Positions 15,659 through 19,992 of a stretch of 19,992 nucleotides of DNA are shown one piece after another. A program made the position numbers and the translations under genes. Numbering within the stretch: the first letter of the stretch is position 1; each line of letters opens with the position of its first letter. A model generated the notes under the pieces. The model searched no databases. It was not told the origin of the DNA and saw nothing but the letters and a program-made list of their open reading frames with translations. Location of the stretch: contig JALTLO010000022.1 in NCBI GenBank assembly GCA_027001995.1, positions 65,984 through 85,975 on the forward strand, given 5' to 3'. This stretch comes from Planctomycetota bacterium (GTDB lineage Bacteria > Planctomycetota > GCA-002687715 > DRQF01).

Positions 15659-18312
15659 GCCACACCTCCAACCGAACGTGTGCCCGGCACATTGTTCTTT
15701 TCTCTTTTTGACTTACGCATGAAGATCATGAGGCCAACGAAGACAGCCAAAAGCGGCGGGATGACCATGCCAATCCAAGCGAAACTTGACTCGATCGAAC
15801 GCCTATGGTTCACAAGAGTCGCTTTCGCCTCATCGATTTGCTGACGCTTCAAGTCTTCGATCTTGGCCGTCGTGACGCTGAGTTTTCGTTGTTCTATCTC
15901 GCGGATGCTCTCGATACGAATATCTTTCGATCTGGCGTCCATGCCTTTGTCGTTCTCGATGGCAGCCACGGCATCCTGGAGACGTTTATTGGCTGCCGCC
16001 AATGCGTCCTTGGCTTCCGCCTCGGCTTTCTCCTTTTCCTTTGCCCACTCTTCTTGGAACTCTTGCGTAGCCTCTTCAATGGTCTCCAAGGTCCGATGAT
16101 GAGGTCGGCGCTTGCGCAAGTCGATGAAGTCGTCGTCTTCGGCCAAATCATCAACACAATTCAGGACAAAGGTGACGTTGTCGAAATTCAGATCCAATCC
16201 AGGAATATCCCGACGGCGAAGATCGAAGAAGATTGAAGACACCATGTCTAAGTCAGCAATGAAGATGAGATCGACATCTTTTCCTTCTGCGCTCTTGCCC
16301 GTGACCCGACAAGCCAAGGTCTGACCACCTTCAACTTGCCGAGGTGGGTTCGGATTCATTGACATGCCAAAGAACGATCGCCGCACCAGGTCTTGGAGTC
16401 GAACGGTTCCCGAGACCGGCGAAGACTGCAACAAGGGTGCAAAGCTTAGCTCCCCCCTCTCTCCCGAGCGAACCGCCCCACCCCACATAGTCAAGATTTC
16501 TTGAAGCCCACTGGAAGCCTTCTGGTTCGGGTTGAAGGGGTTTTGAGCTCCTGACTTGTGACCGACGAAAACAAACTCGGGGGGTACTTGCTCACTCAAT
16601 TGGGGATGAGGTAAGTAGGAATCCCAGGTGACGATTCTGGTGTTCCAGATGATGCCATACTTATTGAGCAAAGCGACAAAATTGCCTTTCGTCTTCTGAC
16701 CGGGCTGCTGCCCCATCATTCCCATCATCGGGTTGGGATTGGCACCTTTCTTCGGGTCGCTTGGTGATGTCCCGGGGGCTGAGCGTGGCATAGGATCGTC
16801 AATCAAAAGAGTTGCACCACCGGCTCCCACATAGCGATCCAAACGATCTAATTCACTTTGCTCCAAAGATGATGCCATGGGAGCCAAGAGAACATCTAAG
16901 TCATCGGGATAGTCCTCACCTGCTGCCACCCGAACAACGTCATATTGAAGTTCTAGCTCTTTGACAATTTCCCATTTGGGAACGCTGCCACGGCTTGGTT
17001 CGAAACCACCAAATAGGTTGACATCTGTCACCAAGACTCCAAGTTTCTTGCGCTTTGACTTGGAAACAACCCGAATCGATCGGGTCAGTTCATACTCCAC
17101 AGGAAGTTTGTTGTAGAGAAAAGGAATCACCTCTTCTTCAATGCCACAAGTAAATGACAACCCCATGAAGACGTCATACTTCTTGCCAGCTTCGTCGCTA
17201 CCGAAAAGCGTAGTGGGAACAATGCCATAGTTCTCCTTCGCCGCCCGGGCCTCCTCAGAATAGAGTTCGGTGTCAATAATGCGGACTCGAATAGCGTCAC
17301 CGGCCATGGCGTCAAACTGGCGCAGCAGATTGATCAAATCGCGGCGATGTTGAACATATTCTCGTGGTACGTCCTTCGACAAGTAGGCTTCAATACTCAC
17401 AGGCCGATTCTCGTCCAGCTCCTGAATCAGATCGGCTGACTCCTGGGAGAGACTGTGAATCTTGGCGCTTGTCATGTCGATGCGTGTACCAAAATTGGCG
17501 AACAAGAGAGTCACAGCGATCGTCATTGTCACCAGGCTCAAAAATCGAATGCCCTGGTGAATCCCTTGTCCGGATTTCCAGTTGCGTCGGGACATCATCA
17601 TCAGATTCATATAGACGAATGTGGCAATGAGACCGGCGAACATGGCAACACTGGCGAAGGAGATGATACCACTGGTCATTTCGCTAAAGAGCGCAACAGG
17701 GAAGTTCAGTAGCCAGGAATCCCCTAACCCAGGCGAGAATAGAGAAAGCAGCAAGCCGATAATGTCTTCCATGAAGACAACAAGGGAGCATAGAAGCGCA
17801 CCTGCGATATAGGCGACAGTCAGGTTGTCCGAAAGGTGAGATCCCAACATGCCGGTGCCAAGAAGCGCCAAACCGAGAACCCAAAAGCCGAAGTAGTTAC
17901 TCAAAAGCAACCAACCATCTGGATTCCCCAAGAACATCAGCATGATGACTTGTGGAACGGTGAAGAGCAGGGCGATGCTGTAGATACCAGCAACCGCCAA
18001 GTATTTACCCAAGACAATGTCTATGTTCCTGGCAGGCATCGTCAGAAGTAATTCGTCCGTCCCCTGGGCTTTCTCTCCAGCCCAAGCGCCCATAGTGATG
18101 GCAGGGATCAGAATAACTAAGAGCTTGGGGAACACTTCATTGAGAGTGCTGAGGTCAGCGATGTTGTGCTGAAAGAAGGCTTCGCTGAAAAGAAAAACCG
18201 CCGACAACATGGCGAAGATCGCGATGAAAACATAACCAGCAGGATTGCCATACCAGCTCTTAATATCGCGCTTCACGATGGCTCGGGTGATGGGACTTAA
18301 ACTAATCGACAT
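15655..18312 (-). CDS. Fused GldF-like ABC-2 permease and GldG-like ABC auxiliary domain protein
   Basis: N-terminal multi-TM permease (NPAGYVFIAIF, PAITMGAWAGEKAQGTDELLLT, IVLGKYLA), then RIDMT..KIHSLS, EYELTRSI, FIADLDM and NVTFVLNCVDDL, a long coiled-coil region and a C-terminal TM. ATGA overlap with the downstream gene. Confidence 0.88.
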   Translation of the reverse strand: MSISLSPITRAIVKRDIKSWYGNPAGYVFIAIFAMLSAVFLFSEAFFQHNIADLSTLNEVFPKLLVILIPAITMGAWAGEKAQGTDELLLTMPARNIDIVLGKYLAVAGIYSIALLFTVPQVIMLMFLGNPDGWLLLSNYFGFWVLGLALLGTGMLGSHLSDNLTVAYIAGALLCSLVVFMEDIIGLLLSLFSPGLGDSWLLNFPVALFSEMTSGIISFASVAMFAGLIATFVYMNLMMMSRRNWKSGQGIHQGIRFLSLVTMTIAVTLLFANFGTRIDMTSAKIHSLSQESADLIQELDENRPVSIEAYLSKDVPREYVQHRRDLINLLRQFDAMAGDAIRVRIIDTELYSEEARAAKENYGIVPTTLFGSDEAGKKYDVFMGLSFTCGIEEEVIPFLYNKLPVEYELTRSIRVVSKSKRKKLGVLVTDVNLFGGFEPSRGSVPKWEIVKELELQYDVVRVAAGEDYPDDLDVLLAPMASSLEQSELDRLDRYVGAGGATLLIDDPMPRSAPGTSPSDPKKGANPNPMMGMMGQQPGQKTKGNFVALLNKYGIIWNTRIVTWDSYLPHPQLSEQVPPEFVFVGHKSGAQNPFNPNQKASSGLQEILTMWGGAVRSGERGELSFAPLLQSSPVSGTVRLQDLVRRSFFGMSMNPNPPRQVEGGQTLACRVTGKSAEGKDVDLIFIADLDMVSSIFFDLRRRDIPGLDLNFDNVTFVLNCVDDLAEDDDFIDLRKRRPHHRTLETIEEATQEFQEEWAKEKEKAEAEAKDALAAANKRLQDAVAAIENDKGMDARSKDIRIESIREIEQRKLSVTTAKIEDLKRQQIDEAKATLVNHRRSIESSFAWIGMVIPPLLAVFVGLMIFMRKSKREKNNVPGTRSVGGVA

Positions 18313-19045
18313 GATTCACGGCTCCTGTCAACTCATAGAAGGCCTGGTCAAGATCGCCACCGCCCTGGCCTCGCAGCTCCTCTGGAGTACCAACGAAGAC
18401 GACGCGCCCTTCGCTAATCATGACCACCCGGTCGGCCACGGCTTCCACTTCTTGTAAGATGTGGGTAGACAAGAGAATCGTTTTCGTTTCGCCTAACTTG
18501 CAGATCGTTTGACGTACTTGTTTGATTTGATTGGGATCGAGGCCAGAAGTGGGTTCGTCCATGATAAGAACATCTGGTTCGTGCAAGAGCACATGAGCCA
18601 TACCAACTCTTTGGCGAAAGCCCTTGGAGAGCTTACGGATAGGCTTCTCCAGGACCGAGCCCAGCATGCAGGTATCGATGACAGACTGCATACTCGCCGC
18701 AAGTTTCTGCCCCCCAAGCCCCCGGGCTTCCCCCATAAACTGAAGAAGTTCTCGGGGTGTCATCTCCGGATAGAGAGGCCCATTCTCAGGCAAATATCCC
18801 AAATGACGAGCTGCATGGATGCGATCCTGAGCCACATCCACCCCAGCGATCTTCGAAGACCCGCTCGTTGGCGCCAAGAACCCAGTCAATATCTTCATTG
18901 TGGTTGATTTTCCGGCACCATTGGGGCCGAGGAAGGCGACAACTTCGCTGCGATTGACCTGAAAACTAATGTCGCGAATTGCCACAAAGTTTCCATAAAT
19001 CTTAGTCAAACCGGTCGCCTCGATCATCGGTTGAGGATCGGACAT
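18302..19045 (-). CDS. ABC transporter ATP-binding protein (GldA-like)
   Basis: Walker A GPNGAGKST, signature LSKGFRQRVG, Walker B LIMDEPTSGLDP and H-loop LSTHIL. Overlaps the permease start by 11 nt. Confidence 0.95.
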   Translation of the reverse strand: MSDPQPMIEATGLTKIYGNFVAIRDISFQVNRSEVVAFLGPNGAGKSTTMKILTGFLAPTSGSSKIAGVDVAQDRIHAARHLGYLPENGPLYPEMTPRELLQFMGEARGLGGQKLAASMQSVIDTCMLGSVLEKPIRKLSKGFRQRVGMAHVLLHEPDVLIMDEPTSGLDPNQIKQVRQTICKLGETKTILLSTHILQEVEAVADRVVMISEGRVVFVGTPEELRGQGGGDLDQAFYELTGAVNHVD

Positions 19046-19098
19046 AAGATGAAACCTATTCCATTGTAAGGGACAAGAAAAACCTAGTTAACGCCGTG

Positions 19099-19127
19099 GT
19101 TTTACAATGAGCACCAATTGCTTGCAA
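19099..19127 (-). promoter_or_regulatory. Candidate sigma70-type promoter of the ABC operon
   Basis: TTGCAA-N17-TAAAAC on the minus strand, about 55 nt upstream of the ATPase ATG. The -35 lies within the palindrome GCTTGCAAGC. Confidence 0.3.
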
Positions 19128-19447
19128 GCCCACTTTGACTAAAGTCGCTTACGCAGGATGTCTCAATTCACTCCCCAAGATTTTGGCAGAATTCGCCCGA
19201 AACCAGAATCGGCCCCATGACTCGTCCTGGAGGCGCAGAAATGGGCCACCAGTGAGCAGCAAGCCCTCAACTTCCCCCTTTCCAGCCGACCTGAATGTGT
19301 GGCTTTTCTTTTGTGAGCAGAAAGGAGCTATGTTCTCGAGTTTAGAGTCTCCACCAGGGGAGCCTAAACGAAATCGCCTGAAAATGGCGTTTATTCTATC
19401 CCCATTCACAACAGAGACGTCAGTCCTCAAGATTCTGAACCGCCCCA

Positions 19448-19992
19448 TCATGACCGGCCGACTTGAGTAGGTCCTCCAGGAGATAGCTGCCACCAAAGAT
19501 GGACACTTTCACGGGGAATCGATTCAGGCAACAGGTTGGCGGCTGGGGTCATCAAGACCTCAGTTGTTATGTCAGCCTGTGTTCGCTTCGGTCTATCGTC
19601 GATGAAGCCCTCTTGTAGAAAATATTCCAACAGTTTGTCGACGGCCTCAGTTTGAAATCTGTTTGGGCGGCCTGGTCTTCGGCCTTGAAGAACTTCCATG
19701 AGGCCAGCGGCACTGCCATTCTCTTTCTCCACCAAGGCAACAATCCTTTCCATATATGTCGCGCTCACCACTCCACATGTTTCTATGGTGAAACGATCAA
19801 TGGAGCGACCTCGTCCAACACTCCAAGCTTGACAAAATGTCTCCAACAGATCGGCACGATGAGAAAGTTGAGGCCCCACCACCCCCTCACTCGCCAAGTT
19901 CTCGAAGACGATTCCTTCCGATTTCAGACCACTCTGCCATTGGCCCACAGTTTCGATGCCCAGGCTAAGAATCTTATGCAAGAGTGTTAAAT
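19448..19992 (-). CDS. C-terminal part of a hypothetical protein, possibly the tail of a YhaN/SbcC-like AAA ATPase (5' end outside window)
   Basis: The frame is open to the window edge (...LTLLHKILSLG...). WSVGRGRSIDR...GVVSATYMERI...LLEYFLQEGFIDDR looks like real helical protein. The family guess is from recalled resemblance only; no ATPase motif is visible. Confidence 0.5.
   Translation of the reverse strand, partial: LTLLHKILSLGIETVGQWQSGLKSEGIVFENLASEGVVGPQLSHRADLLETFCQAWSVGRGRSIDRFTIETCGVVSATYMERIVALVEKENGSAAGLMEVLQGRRPGRPNRFQTEAVDKLLEYFLQEGFIDDRPKRTQADITTEVLMTPAANLLPESIPRESVHLWWQLSPGGPTQVGRS

Noticed and set aside
19149..19496. 115-aa minus-strand ORF with a possible ATGA overlap at 19448-19451, and the opposing 19135-19470 ORF
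   Set aside because: The composition is atypical, no family is recognisable and there is no clear SD. The overlap alone is insufficient, though a small gene cannot be fully excluded.
1..19992. CRISPR arrays, tRNA/rRNA genes, IS elements, integrases or defence systems
   Set aside because: No regularly spaced repeats, cloverleaf signatures, transposase motifs or nuclease/defence motifs were seen by eye; RecQ appears to be a stand-alone housekeeping-type helicase.

Overview
Gene-dense, moderate-GC bacterial chromosome segment. A Planctomycetota origin is plausible from the gene content, but this is inference only. From left to right: (1) a truncated sugar-phosphate isomerase/epimerase (-) divergent from a sodium:solute symporter, which has a translationally coupled 46-aa membrane peptide (+); (2) a PPOX-like FMN-binding protein (-); (3) a four-gene operon (+) of TonB-dependent receptor, CobN/ChlH-family chelatase-like protein with signal peptide and C-terminal membrane anchor, MotA/TolQ/ExbB protein and DUF2149 protein, resembling Bacteroidetes hmuRSUV and P. 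aeruginosa PA1922-1925; (4) a RecQ-family helicase (-); (5) a frameshifted galactokinase remnant; (6) a small secreted protein followed by a bidirectional terminator; (7) a GldA / GldF-GldG fusion / DUF4340 ABC operon (-), whose DUF4340 protein carries an inserted GspG pseudopilin-like domain; (8) the 3' end of a gene running off the right edge. The two best leads are the putative periplasmic tetrapyrrole (de)chelation system and the pseudopilin-domain insertion. No rRNA, tRNA, CRISPR array or mobile element was recognised. All family calls come from motif recognition by eye, not from database searches.
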